A DNA stretch of 64,000 nucleotides. Origin: a virus. Position 1 is the stretch's first letter. Each line of letters begins with the position of its first letter. Below are positions 41,101-49,182 of the stretch, in pieces. Where the stretch lies: IMG/VR virus record IMGVR_UViG_3300030333_008604, positions 58,943 through 122,942 of that record; one strand, written 5' to 3'. The notes under the pieces are model-generated. The model was not told the origin of the DNA. It was given only the letters and a program-made list of their open reading frames with translations, and made no database searches. A program made the translations under genes and the position numbers.

Positions 41101-41355
41101 ACAATTGCGGCCATGGCCATTCGATTGGCGCTGTTGAACGTTTCAACTCTTCCCAAGAGCGATATTTTTATCCTAGATGAGCCAGGCACTTCGCTGGACG
41201 CAGAGAATATGGACGGTTTTATCCATATTCTGGATATGATTAAGTCACAGTTTAGAACTGTAATCTTAATTTCGCACCTGGATAGCCTCAAGGACACTGT
41301 GGACAGCCAGATACTTATTGAGAAACAGAAAGGTGTAGCTAGTGTGAATGAATAA
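38200..41355 (+). CDS. Fused SbcD/Mre11 nuclease and SbcC/Rad50 ATPase (T4 gp47-gp46-like)
   Basis: Phosphoesterase motifs ADTH, CGD, GNHD, GDIH; Walker A GKNFSGKSS; long coiled coil; signature GSGAEK; Walker B FILDEP; H-loop ISH. Confidence 0.92.
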   Translation: MKFAHIADTHIRNLKYHSEYREVFSKLYEDLRERQVDYIIHCGDIAHTKTQISPEFVEMCSDFLRNLADIAPTYIILGNHDGNLRNSNRQDALTPIVSALNHPDLFLLKNSGEVDLDETFTINVLSVFDRDNWIVPSNPDRVNIALYHGSISGVTTDTGWKMENGEDDINIFNSFDYGFLGDIHKTNQTLDKAGKVRYPGSTVQQNHGETNDKGFLLWDILDHDNFVCEHVVIENPKPFITIKLTPKGRIPSKTKIVPGARVRLVSENNLPLDSVRKVVDAVKARFQPETVTYLNRSAGEYRSMEGLTDSLKKDDLRDPIVQESLIKEYLEDFQPSEKTLKQVYEMNKKYNALVEKDEEVFRNINWKLKKLEWDNLFNYGEGNCINFENFDGVVGILGKNFSGKSSIIDSLLYTIYNTTSKNERKNLNLINQNKDECRGYVEIDVGTKTYTIERTSDKYTKKLKGRATLEAKTDVEFNIIDTVTGETESLNGTSRMETDKNIRKIFGTVEDFLMTSMASQLDSLAYINEGSMRRKEILAKFLDLEFFDRKFKMIKEDSSHLAGALKRLSGRDYPEEISESRTELARAEAELSVNERQLESLDSQHLAALAQVTNLQEQIDSAPKEFIDIKNVNKRLDSNHQAITALSLANENKRDELESEKQFLEKIENFVSNFDIDLFNKKKEVLDEHMATLEKIDLEISQYETKKEQIDNKIERLKRVPCSYSDRDKCLFVKDARRSLEDVANVKINMNQLTLSKSTLGRKIEELNPTQVEEYINKYELILEKKMHHKNVVSSLELKIEKNKTKLMQLQKQSDELSTKQDIYEQNKEAIEDFESLLLRKQEMDSELESLILEKETARKKVLELYKNTGSLEQKHNEIIEQEQSFCDLENEYTISDLYMRCMHPNGVSYDVIKKRLPLINDEISKILTNIVDFEVFFESDEKKLDILLKHPKHDPRPIEMGSGAEKTIAAMAIRLALLNVSTLPKSDIFILDEPGTSLDAENMDGFIHILDMIKSQFRTVILISHLDSLKDTVDSQILIEKQKGVASVNE

Positions 41356-41362
41356 GCAGGAC

Positions 41363-41400
41363 GTTTCTCCTTATAAAACTATTTATACAAAAGGAGAAAC
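41363..41400 (+). promoter_or_regulatory. SD-sequestering hairpin containing candidate late promoter ACTATTTA (41378-41385)
   Basis: Perfect 10-bp inverted repeat GTTTCTCCTT (41363-72) / AAGGAGAAAC (41391-400); the 3' arm contains the SD of ORF 41404. Confidence 0.75.
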
Positions 41401-41403
41401 ATC

Positions 41404-41616
41404 ATGGCTAGAGTCAAGGCATTTTTAGACAAATACGTAGAAAAGTTTATTTCTAGAAAATTTTTAGCATGGGGCGTTGCAACGTACCTCATTGCAACTG
41501 GTTCCTTAACCAGTGACAACTGGGTCGCAGTTACTTTGACCTATATTGGTTCTGAGGCGCTTGTTGATCTCGCTGTTCGTTGGAAACATGGTGGTGATCG
41601 TCGCAATCTTCCCTAG
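41404..41616 (+). CDS. Putative holin
   Basis: 70 aa; SRKF followed by two hydrophobic segments; basic C-terminus; followed by spanin-like genes. Confidence 0.6.
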   Translation: MARVKAFLDKYVEKFISRKFLAWGVATYLIATGSLTSDNWVAVTLTYIGSEALVDLAVRWKHGGDRRNLP

Positions 41617-41624
41617 GGGGTTTT

Positions 41625-42035
41625 ATGCTTGTTTTAAAAAAAATATGGTCATGGCTTAAACACTATTGGCATGTGCCTCTTCTCGTAGTTCTAGTTGTTG
41701 TATTTTCTTTGCTTCTCGGTAGATCCCCCAACAAGAAGTTGTGGGAAGTTGTTGACAAGCAGAGAGATGCGCATAAAAAAGAGCTTGAGATTTTAGAACA
41801 GGCCGCGGCCGAAAAGAGAAAAACTCAAGAAGAGGCGGCTAAAAAGCACACCGACACTTTAAAAAATATTGAAAAAGAGTATAATATAGAGATAGAAAAG
41901 CTAGAAGAAGAGAAAAAGAAAGAAATCAACGATTTGGCAGAAAAACACCAAGACCGCCCTGATGAACTAGCAAGAGCGGTCGCAGCGGCCCTGAGTGCGG
42001 AATACTCAAAAACTGAATGGGAGAGAAAGCAGTGA
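41625..42035 (+). CDS. Membrane-anchored coiled-coil protein (i-spanin/Rz-like candidate)
   Basis: N-terminal TM (VPLLVVLVVVFSLLLG) followed by a long charged helical region. Confidence 0.55.
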   Translation: MLVLKKIWSWLKHYWHVPLLVVLVVVFSLLLGRSPNKKLWEVVDKQRDAHKKELEILEQAAAEKRKTQEEAAKKHTDTLKNIEKEYNIEIEKLEEEKKKEINDLAEKHQDRPDELARAVAAALSAEYSKTEWERKQ

Positions 42036-42367
42036 AAATTAAGAAAAGCCGGCTAAGGCAGATTATTAAAGAAGAATATAATAGGATAAATGAAGCCGAT
42101 CGACCAGAGTCAGAAGCGCCCCCACAAGATGCCGCGCCTGAGATGAGAGATATACCCGCAGAGATCGATGACCACTTGAATAAGGCGTCCGTGCTCATTT
42201 CACAGCTTAAAAGAGAGCTGTCTTCCAGATCAAAGCAGCCCGATCGTCAATTTAGAAGCATGAATAAAACATGTGATGAATTAGCGTTATCAATCGCCAA
42301 GATGGCAGAGGGCGCTTGGGGCCAGGCCGCGCCACAGATTGAAATGGATCCAGAGTCAGAACTTTAG
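42032..42367 (+). CDS. Hypothetical protein with KIKKSRLRQIIKEE N-terminal motif
   Basis: GTG at 42032, overlapping the upstream stop with GGAG upstream, is the likely start (the track gives 42017). Confidence 0.68.
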   Translation: MKIKKSRLRQIIKEEYNRINEADRPESEAPPQDAAPEMRDIPAEIDDHLNKASVLISQLKRELSSRSKQPDRQFRSMNKTCDELALSIAKMAEGAWGQAAPQIEMDPESEL

Positions 42368-42375
42368 AGGCAGAA

Positions 42376-42855
42376 ATGTACAAAAAAACCTTGTCGATTA
42401 TTTTGGCATTTTTAATGACCGCCATTCCAGTCTTCGCTCATGCTGAAGAGGCTAGCCCAACGGTTCCAAGCCTTTCTGGGCGAGTCACTGATCTTTCTTT
42501 GGGCCAGCCGGCTCCCTATTCTGGTGTCTTGCTAGACCCCATCGCCGCATCTAGAATGTTGGTCGACCAGAAGTACCTAAAGCTGGAGACCGAACTTAAG
42601 CTAAGAAAAGAATTTCAGTCGCAATTAGCCTCGAAAAGGCTGGCCTTTGACCTTTTAAAGTCAGAGCACGACGCGCTAAAAAAAATACACGTTGAGACGC
42701 TCAAGATTCGAGACCAGCAGATTACTGACCTTAATTTACTCTTAAAAGAAGAGATGGGAAGCGACAACACTCATTGGTGGGTCTTAGGTGGTGTCGCTAT
42801 CGGGATTGTTTTATCAATCGCAACTTTTTATGCTAGTGTAGAAATCGCAAAGTGA
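42376..42855 (+). CDS. Signal-peptide, coiled-coil, C-terminal TM protein (spanin-like candidate)
   Basis: MYKK-hydrophobic-AHA/EE signal peptide; coiled coil; WWVLGGVAIGIVLSIATF TM segment. Confidence 0.6.
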   Translation: MYKKTLSIILAFLMTAIPVFAHAEEASPTVPSLSGRVTDLSLGQPAPYSGVLLDPIAASRMLVDQKYLKLETELKLRKEFQSQLASKRLAFDLLKSEHDALKKIHVETLKIRDQQITDLNLLLKEEMGSDNTHWWVLGGVAIGIVLSIATFYASVEIAK

Positions 42856-43247
42856 AGAAAAGAGACTATGATTATATAGCCAGATTAGAGCGTGCGATTG
42901 AGGAGAAGTATGGCCCGACAGCTATACAAAATCCTGCAGGCTCCTGGAGTAAAGAAAAAGAAGAGGCCTATCTAGAGCAGCTTAGAGAATTTGTTGATAA
43001 GCAGAGAAAGACTGAGGACGATTCAGCCTTGGAAGATGTTGGTGGGTTTTTAATTTCTCGTAAACTACTTAATAAAGAGACAATTTTAACTTGTCCGGTG
43101 TGCAGTAGCAAAATTAAAACAGCCAAGGATGATATTTGTATTTTAAAATTTGAATGCTGCGAAAAATGTTATATAAAATTTGTAGAAGACAGAGAAGAAC
43201 GATGGTTCAGCGGATGGAGGCCAGAAAATGTCGCAAAAAAATTATGA
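42852..43247 (+). CDS. Hypothetical zinc-binding protein
   Basis: CPVC...CCEKC motifs; GTG start overlapping the upstream stop. Confidence 0.68.
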   Translation: MKKRDYDYIARLERAIEEKYGPTAIQNPAGSWSKEKEEAYLEQLREFVDKQRKTEDDSALEDVGGFLISRKLLNKETILTCPVCSSKIKTAKDDICILKFECCEKCYIKFVEDREERWFSGWRPENVAKKL

Positions 43248-43737
43248 ATTAATTCAAGGAATCATGCAAGCTGCCGCCGACGCATATGACGGCGCCCTTG
43301 ATGAGAAAGGAGAGCCTCTTAAAATAGGCCTCAAGAGAGAAGAGGGTCATCCTGTTTATGATTCACGCATGATTGACGGCTTTAAGGTTCGGTGTGATGG
43401 AACTCACTTGATGGTGACTTATCAATCTGAAATAAAACTAAGAGACGTTTATGCTACAAAGCTAGAAGACGAGCTAGAAAGCACTTTTAGTGATATTGTT
43501 TCTTACCTAAAGAAAAGGTATAACGCTTTAACTGGCAAGAGGTTGAGCCTGTCTCCCACGGGCGAGTGTGATGCATTAGTACAAAAAACCAGCAATGTGC
43601 GAGTTTTTGTAGTCGCCAAGAAAGTTTATAGAATTGGTGGGTTGTCGGGAGTTGAAAATCGCCTCTCACCTAGCAAGAATAATCTTGACGCTGCTTTTAA
43701 CGACTTTCTTGCACAGGGTGGCAGTGGTGGGCGGTAG
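43228..43737 (+). CDS. Hypothetical protein upstream of terminase
   Basis: 169-aa ORF with SD GGAGG. Confidence 0.72.
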   Translation: MSQKNYELIQGIMQAAADAYDGALDEKGEPLKIGLKREEGHPVYDSRMIDGFKVRCDGTHLMVTYQSEIKLRDVYATKLEDELESTFSDIVSYLKKRYNALTGKRLSLSPTGECDALVQKTSNVRVFVVAKKVYRIGGLSGVENRLSPSKNNLDAAFNDFLAQGGSGGR

Positions 43738-43739
43738 CA

Positions 43740-45314
43740 ATGACGGCTCAGCTTACCAAGCAACAGATAATTAAAGAAGTCGTTAGATCCGGAAAAGATC
43801 CTAAGTATTTTATTAATAACTACGCTAAGATTTCTCACCCGATGAAGGGCTTGATCCCGTTCAAGACTTATGACTTTCAGGGAGATCTTTTAGAGGACTT
43901 CAATGATCATCGCTTCACGATCGTTCTAAAAGCTCGCCAGTTAGGTATTTCTACAATAACTGCAGCATATATCGCTTGGCTTATGATGTTTCACCGCGAT
44001 AAAAATGTCTTAGTTATCGCAACTAAATTTCAAACCGCGTCGAACTTAGTCAAAAAAGTTAAGTCGATACACAAAAACCTTCCCGACTGGTTGCGCATTT
44101 CAAATATTGCAATCGACAACAGGACATCTTTTGAGCTATCCAACGGATCTCAAATAAAAGCCGCGGCAACTAGTGGTGACGCCGGCCGTTCAGAAGCTCT
44201 TTCTTTGTTGGTTATTGATGAGGCGGCTCACGTCGATGGATTAGATGATTTATGGACAGGCTTGTATCCCACCTTGTCAACCGGTGGTCGATGCATCGCT
44301 CTTTCTACTCCAAACGGCGTTGGGAACTGGTTTCATCAAACTTGCGTCGACGCTGAGATAGACAGCAACGACTTTCACTTGGTCACGTTGCCGTGGGATG
44401 TCCATCCCGACCGGGGCAAAGAGTGGTTTGACAATGAAACAAAAAACATGTCTCGTAGGCAAATTGCACAGGAGCTTGAGTGTAACTTTAACATGTCAGG
44501 AGAAACCGTATTCCACCCCGAGGATATGGAATTAATTCAGCAAAATTTGTGCGATCCTAAATACAAGACCGGTTTTGATAGAAATTTGTGGATATGGGAA
44601 GAGCACAGCCCTGAGTACACTTACAGCCTATCTGCAGATGTCGCTCGTGGCGACGGCCAAGACTTTTCTACGTTTGCTGTTTTTAAAATAGAGACGGACG
44701 AAGTTGTTGCAGAATATAAAGGCAAGCCGACACCTGATATTTTTGCTAATATGTTGAATGAAGTCGGTAAAGAGTATGGGACCTGCATGATTGTTGTCGA
44801 AAACAACTCTGTTGGGTGGGCAGTCTTAAACAAGCTGGAAGAATATGGATATCCAAATATATATTATTCAAAAAAATCAACACACGAATATATCGACCCG
44901 CTTCTTTCACAGACATCTGGCGTCATCGCCGGCTTTACAAACTCGCAAAAGACAAGACCTCTCGTTATAGCCAAAATGGAAGAGTTTGTTAGAAATAAAC
45001 TAATTAAGATAAAATCAAAAAGATTATTTAATGAGATGAAAACTTTTGTTTGGCACAATGGCAAGCCGGAGGCTATGAAAAAGCATAATGATGACTTAGT
45101 CATTGCTTATGCGATCGGCTGTTGGATCAAAGACACAGCCTATTCTGTTAATCAGCGAAACGTTGCCTATCAAAGGGCCTTTTTGTCTTCTATAAATACT
45201 TCGAACACAACACTAAACACTTCTATCAAAGGTATGTTAGGATATAACAAGCCACTAGAAGATAAAGAAAATAAAGAAAACTACAAAGAATTTGCCTGGC
45301 TCTTGAAAGGATAA
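43740..45314 (+). CDS. terL: Terminase large subunit (T4 gp17-like)
   Basis: Walker A KARQLGIST; Walker B LVIDEAA; coupling motif STPNG; nuclease motifs SADVARG, VVENN, DDLV. Confidence 0.95.
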   Translation: MTAQLTKQQIIKEVVRSGKDPKYFINNYAKISHPMKGLIPFKTYDFQGDLLEDFNDHRFTIVLKARQLGISTITAAYIAWLMMFHRDKNVLVIATKFQTASNLVKKVKSIHKNLPDWLRISNIAIDNRTSFELSNGSQIKAAATSGDAGRSEALSLLVIDEAAHVDGLDDLWTGLYPTLSTGGRCIALSTPNGVGNWFHQTCVDAEIDSNDFHLVTLPWDVHPDRGKEWFDNETKNMSRRQIAQELECNFNMSGETVFHPEDMELIQQNLCDPKYKTGFDRNLWIWEEHSPEYTYSLSADVARGDGQDFSTFAVFKIETDEVVAEYKGKPTPDIFANMLNEVGKEYGTCMIVVENNSVGWAVLNKLEEYGYPNIYYSKKSTHEYIDPLLSQTSGVIAGFTNSQKTRPLVIAKMEEFVRNKLIKIKSKRLFNEMKTFVWHNGKPEAMKKHNDDLVIAYAIGCWIKDTAYSVNQRNVAYQRAFLSSINTSNTTLNTSIKGMLGYNKPLEDKENKENYKEFAWLLKG

Positions 45315-45317
45315 AAC

Positions 45318-47270
45318 ATGGCGCCCAAAACAAAAACAAGCAATCCAAGAAATCCACAAAATAAGCTTTTTCGGCAGCTTACAAAGCTTCTTTCTGGCCC
45401 TCTGATTCGCTACCGACGGCAGGACACTCGACAACTTCGAAGAAAACAGTTAGATAAGTATAAAAGTCGCTTTAGGTCTATAAGTGGGCAAGAATTCAAG
45501 ATGCACTCTTATGGGGATGTCTATGGCGCGCTTCAAAGCGAATACTATGCCAATCAAAACCGCCTGGACAGATATGTAGATTTTGATCAGATGGAGTACA
45601 CTCCAGAAATCGCGTCCAGCATGGACATCTATGCGGATGAAATGACAACTAGCTCTCTTTATCGGCCGATCTTAAATATAACGTGCAGCAACCAAGAGAT
45701 TAAGTCTGTTTTGGAAACTCTTTACTACAATGTTCTCAACGTTGAGTTTAATTTGTATGGCTGGGCTCGTTCTATGTGCAAATACGGAGATTTTTTCGTG
45801 TACATGGATATTGAAGAGGATGAGGGGATTAAAAATGTTATTGGTCTTCCGCCAACAGAAATTGAAAGACTTGAGGGTGAGGACAAAAACAACCCAAACT
45901 ATATTCAGTTTCAGTGGAATACGGCCGGCCTTACTTTAGAAAATTGGCAAATTGCACATTTTAGAATTTTGGGTAATGACAAGTTTTCTCCTTATGGTAC
46001 ATCTATTTTGGAGCCTGCTAGAAGAATTTGGCGACAGTTGACATTGCTTGAAGACGCTGTCATGGCTTATCGAATCGTGCGATCACCCGAACGACGTGCT
46101 TTCTACATTGATGTTGGAAACATACCCCCGCAAGATGTCGAACAATACATGCAGAGAGTCATGACTCAGATGAAGCGCAACCAAATCGTTGATGCTAATT
46201 CTGGCCGCGTAGACTTGCGCTATAATCCTTTGAGCATTGAGGAGGATTATTATATTCCAGTCCGCGGCGGGGTCTCGAATACTAAAATTGAAACAGTTGG
46301 CGGCGGAAGCTATACTGGCGATATCGATGATGTTAAATATCTGAGGGACAAACTGTTCAGCGCGCTAAAAGTACCTCAGTCGTATTTATCTCGCGGAGAA
46401 GGTGGCGAAGAGGATAAGGCCACGCTAGCTCAAAAAGACATTAGATTTGCGAGAACAATTCAGAGACTGCAAAGATCTTTAGTTTCTGAGCTAGAGAAGA
46501 TAGCAATTATTCATTTATATACGATAGGCTATCGCGGTAATGACTTGTTGTCTTTTAAGCTAGCTCTGAACAATCCATCCAAATTGGCGGAATTGCAAGA
46601 ATTAGAACACTGGAAAGCGCGTTTTGATGCAGCCGAAGGCGCAAACGAGGGATACTTTAGTCGACGCTGGGTCGCAAAAAATATTCTAGGTATTAGCGAA
46701 GAAGAGTTCCAAAGAATGCAGGTTGAAGCTTTTTATGACAAGAAGCACGATTTAGCTCTAGAGCAAGTGGGTGAAGCCGCAGCAGCCGACGCCGCCGGCG
46801 GAGCAGGCGGTGGCCTAGGCGACCTTGGAGGCGATATGGGAGGCGATATGGGCGGCGACCTCGAAGACCTTGGAGGTGAGGAGGCCCCAGCAGGCGAAGA
46901 AGAAGCCGGCCCAGCGGACGACACGAACGTCTTGGCAGCCCCAGCGGGTGGAGAAGAAGCCCCAGCCAAGAGAGACGATGATTATAGATACTATAAGAAG
47001 AGTAAATATCGCCCCGTTAAAAGCGATAAGCGAGATATTGGCGCTCGCCGAAGAGCGAACAAAGGTCTTTATTCTAGGGAGACCGCTTCGCCTACGTCTA
47101 GGAATATTTTGCCCGGAGCAGACGAAATTAACTCACTTTATAGATTTTCTGAAAGTTTGAATTCTATTTATCAAGAAGAGGAACAAAAATTGTTCAATGA
47201 GCAGTTCGAAATAAAGTCTTTAATAGAGTCTTTGGAGAAGAATAATAAAAATGAAAATGAGCCACAATAA
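45318..47270 (+). CDS. gp20: Portal protein (T4 gp20-like)
   Basis: LLEDAVMAYRIVRSPERRAFYIDVGNIP, EEDYYIPVRGG and DDVKYLRDKLFSALKVP are gp20 signatures; acidic Gly-rich tail. Confidence 0.95.
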   Translation: MAPKTKTSNPRNPQNKLFRQLTKLLSGPLIRYRRQDTRQLRRKQLDKYKSRFRSISGQEFKMHSYGDVYGALQSEYYANQNRLDRYVDFDQMEYTPEIASSMDIYADEMTTSSLYRPILNITCSNQEIKSVLETLYYNVLNVEFNLYGWARSMCKYGDFFVYMDIEEDEGIKNVIGLPPTEIERLEGEDKNNPNYIQFQWNTAGLTLENWQIAHFRILGNDKFSPYGTSILEPARRIWRQLTLLEDAVMAYRIVRSPERRAFYIDVGNIPPQDVEQYMQRVMTQMKRNQIVDANSGRVDLRYNPLSIEEDYYIPVRGGVSNTKIETVGGGSYTGDIDDVKYLRDKLFSALKVPQSYLSRGEGGEEDKATLAQKDIRFARTIQRLQRSLVSELEKIAIIHLYTIGYRGNDLLSFKLALNNPSKLAELQELEHWKARFDAAEGANEGYFSRRWVAKNILGISEEEFQRMQVEAFYDKKHDLALEQVGEAAAADAAGGAGGGLGDLGGDMGGDMGGDLEDLGGEEAPAGEEEAGPADDTNVLAAPAGGEEAPAKRDDDYRYYKKSKYRPVKSDKRDIGARRRANKGLYSRETASPTSRNILPGADEINSLYRFSESLNSIYQEEEQKLFNEQFEIKSLIESLEKNNKNENEPQ

Positions 47271-48051
47271 AAAAAGAAACACAGCCTTGGTTTATGAAGT
47301 TTTGCTTTGTGAGTTAACCAAAGCTAGCATGAAAGGTGACTCTGCGAAGAAGAGAAAGATTGTTCATTTGTTGAAAGAGAATTTCTCAGCAGGCAAGCTC
47401 TTAAGACAGGAGCTTGAAATTTATAAGTCTTTGTTGTCTATGGAAGAGCACGAGTCAGAAATAATAGAAAAAGTTATTTCAGAGTGCAAGAGACAATTTC
47501 ATAACTTAGATCGCCGCAAGATTTTTGATCAGCAGACGAAGCTTATTAAAGAAATTAATCACTCTTTAACGACTACGGCATGGCAAAACTTTGTTCCAGC
47601 GTTTAGAAAGCTGGCGACAATAAACCAAGTTTTGCAGTGCGATCTGCCGCCAAAGAAACAAGTTCTTTTAGAAGCTAAACTAGCTAAGCAGGTTTCTGAT
47701 TCTGGCCAAGAGCTTAAGCCAAAGTTCCCTAAGATAAACAACTTGACAATTAAAACGTTTGTGGCGAAATTCAATGAAGAGTATTCTGAGGCTCTTAACG
47801 AATCACAGAAAGATTTTTTAAAGAAGTATATTTTTTCGTATATGGACGATGGGCTTGAATTTAAAACATTCTTGTATCAAGAAATCGATAGACTGAAGAA
47901 GGTTCTTTCTGAGTCTGCTGCCAAGGATGTGACAGTCCAGAAAAAAATTCAAAAAGTATTAGAAAGAATTTCTAATTATAATAAGAGAAGACTTGATAAA
48001 GAGTTGATCACTGAGATATTCCATATTCAGGCGCTAGCTGAGGAAATATAG
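47251..48051 (+). CDS. Hypothetical protein of the head module
   Basis: 266 aa; HNKKRNT N-terminus; helical; lies between portal and protease. Confidence 0.72.
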   Translation: MKMSHNKKRNTALVYEVLLCELTKASMKGDSAKKRKIVHLLKENFSAGKLLRQELEIYKSLLSMEEHESEIIEKVISECKRQFHNLDRRKIFDQQTKLIKEINHSLTTTAWQNFVPAFRKLATINQVLQCDLPPKKQVLLEAKLAKQVSDSGQELKPKFPKINNLTIKTFVAKFNEEYSEALNESQKDFLKKYIFSYMDDGLEFKTFLYQEIDRLKKVLSESAAKDVTVQKKIQKVLERISNYNKRRLDKELITEIFHIQALAEEI

Positions 48052-48053
48052 CA

Positions 48054-48590
48054 ATGCCCATTAAGGTCCAAATAACAAACGAACAAGCTAAAGGGCTGCC
48101 TACCGAAAGGGTACTGCTCAAGGCAAGGAAGACAATTGATGGTAATGTGTTGGTAACGGACCATCCAGAAATTGATATTATTGTTATGAAAGAGAAAGTC
48201 GTAGCTCTTGCAAAGGACGAGCTAGATGACGAAATTTATGAAACTCAAAATAGATTATTTAAATTCTTAACAAGAAAAGGGATTGTGGTGTATGATTCAG
48301 TTCAGGCTGGAAATTTATTTATGTCTTTAGAAGGAAAATTACCCCAAGCTCAGAAAGGCGACAGCGTTCAATTTGCGCTTTATGTTATTTCAGAGTTCAT
48401 GGACAAGGAACTTCCCTTTTATGCCAACAAGGACCGCTTTGAGAAAGAAGTGGAAGCCAATATGCTCAAGCCGGAGCCTGATGAGTTTACGGATATTGAA
48501 AAAGCCACCGATCTTCACAATGACAAGAAGGGCAATCTCAACAATCCCAAGCTTCATCACTATGGCATTTCTGCTGTGTATAGAATATAG
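48054..48590 (+). CDS. Hypothetical protein
   Basis: 178-aa ORF with GAGG SD, in operon context. Confidence 0.7.
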   Translation: MPIKVQITNEQAKGLPTERVLLKARKTIDGNVLVTDHPEIDIIVMKEKVVALAKDELDDEIYETQNRLFKFLTRKGIVVYDSVQAGNLFMSLEGKLPQAQKGDSVQFALYVISEFMDKELPFYANKDRFEKEVEANMLKPEPDEFTDIEKATDLHNDKKGNLNNPKLHHYGISAVYRI

Positions 48591-48597
48591 GTGATAT

Positions 48598-48918
48598 GTG
48601 GATTTAGTTTATTTTATTCTTTGTGCTTATGGTTTAACTTATATTCTAGTATACGGCTCAATTTTTAACACCGTTCGCCCTTCAAGCGGCAAGCTTGGAG
48701 AACTGTTCCATTGTCCTCTTTGTACTGGATTTTGGTCTGGTGTGTTTTTGTGGAGTATCAATAGCTTCACCGAACTATTTAGTTTTGAGTATAATTTAAT
48801 AAATGCACTCCTTTTGGGGTGCTTGAGTGCGGGAACCAGCTATTTTTTAAGTTCAGTATTAGATGATTTCGGTCTAAAATTTGTAACAAAAGGAGGTGAT
48901 GAAAGTGAAAAAGCGTAA
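48598..48918 (+). CDS. Small membrane protein with CPxCxGFW motif (DUF1360-like)
   Basis: Hydrophobic segments around ELFHCPLCTGFWSG. Confidence 0.62.
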   Translation: MDLVYFILCAYGLTYILVYGSIFNTVRPSSGKLGELFHCPLCTGFWSGVFLWSINSFTELFSFEYNLINALLLGCLSAGTSYFLSSVLDDFGLKFVTKGGDESEKA

Positions 48919-48982
48919 TTTTCCCGAAGTACGACGCTGTTGCAACGGCAGCTCTATCATGCAGGGCGAGCCTGCAAATTAA
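48905..48982 (+). CDS. Putative 25-aa peptide MKKRNFPEVRRCCNGSSIMQGEPAN
   Basis: Perfect SD AGGAGG at 48891-96, GTG 8 nt downstream, TAA at 48980-82. Too short for the ORF track. Confidence 0.4.
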   Translation: MKKRNFPEVRRCCNGSSIMQGEPAN

Positions 48983-49008
48983 CATAACAACAAATAGGAG
49001 AAAATCAC

Positions 49009-49176
49009 ATGTCTGACAAAGGTAAAGGCAGAACCCAGCCTACGGGTGATCCAAAAAAGTACAATCATGGCGTGAAAAGCGCTGAAAAGGTTGCAAACAA
49101 GTATTCTTGGAAGGCTGCACCAAGCCCAAAGCTTCCAAATAAGCCAAAAGAGTCTGGAAATCGTCGCGACGGATAG
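49009..49176 (+). CDS. Unannotated 55-aa basic, Lys/Pro-rich protein
   Basis: SD AGGAG, ATG at 49009, MSDKGKGRTQPTGDPKKYNHG...GNRRDG, TAG at 49174-76; fills the gap before the protease gene. Confidence 0.68.
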   Translation: MSDKGKGRTQPTGDPKKYNHGVKSAEKVANKYSWKAAPSPKLPNKPKESGNRRDG

Positions 49177-49182
49177 ACAAGT

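Noticed and set aside
36251-45314. Inteins or introns in primase, SbcCD or terminase
   Set aside because: Lengths are accounted for by the expected domains; no intein junction or homing endonuclease motifs seen.
46800-46880. Short tandem repeat GGAGGCGATATG in the portal gene
   Set aside because: It simply encodes the GGDM/GGDL low-complexity tail; not CRISPR-like or regulatory.
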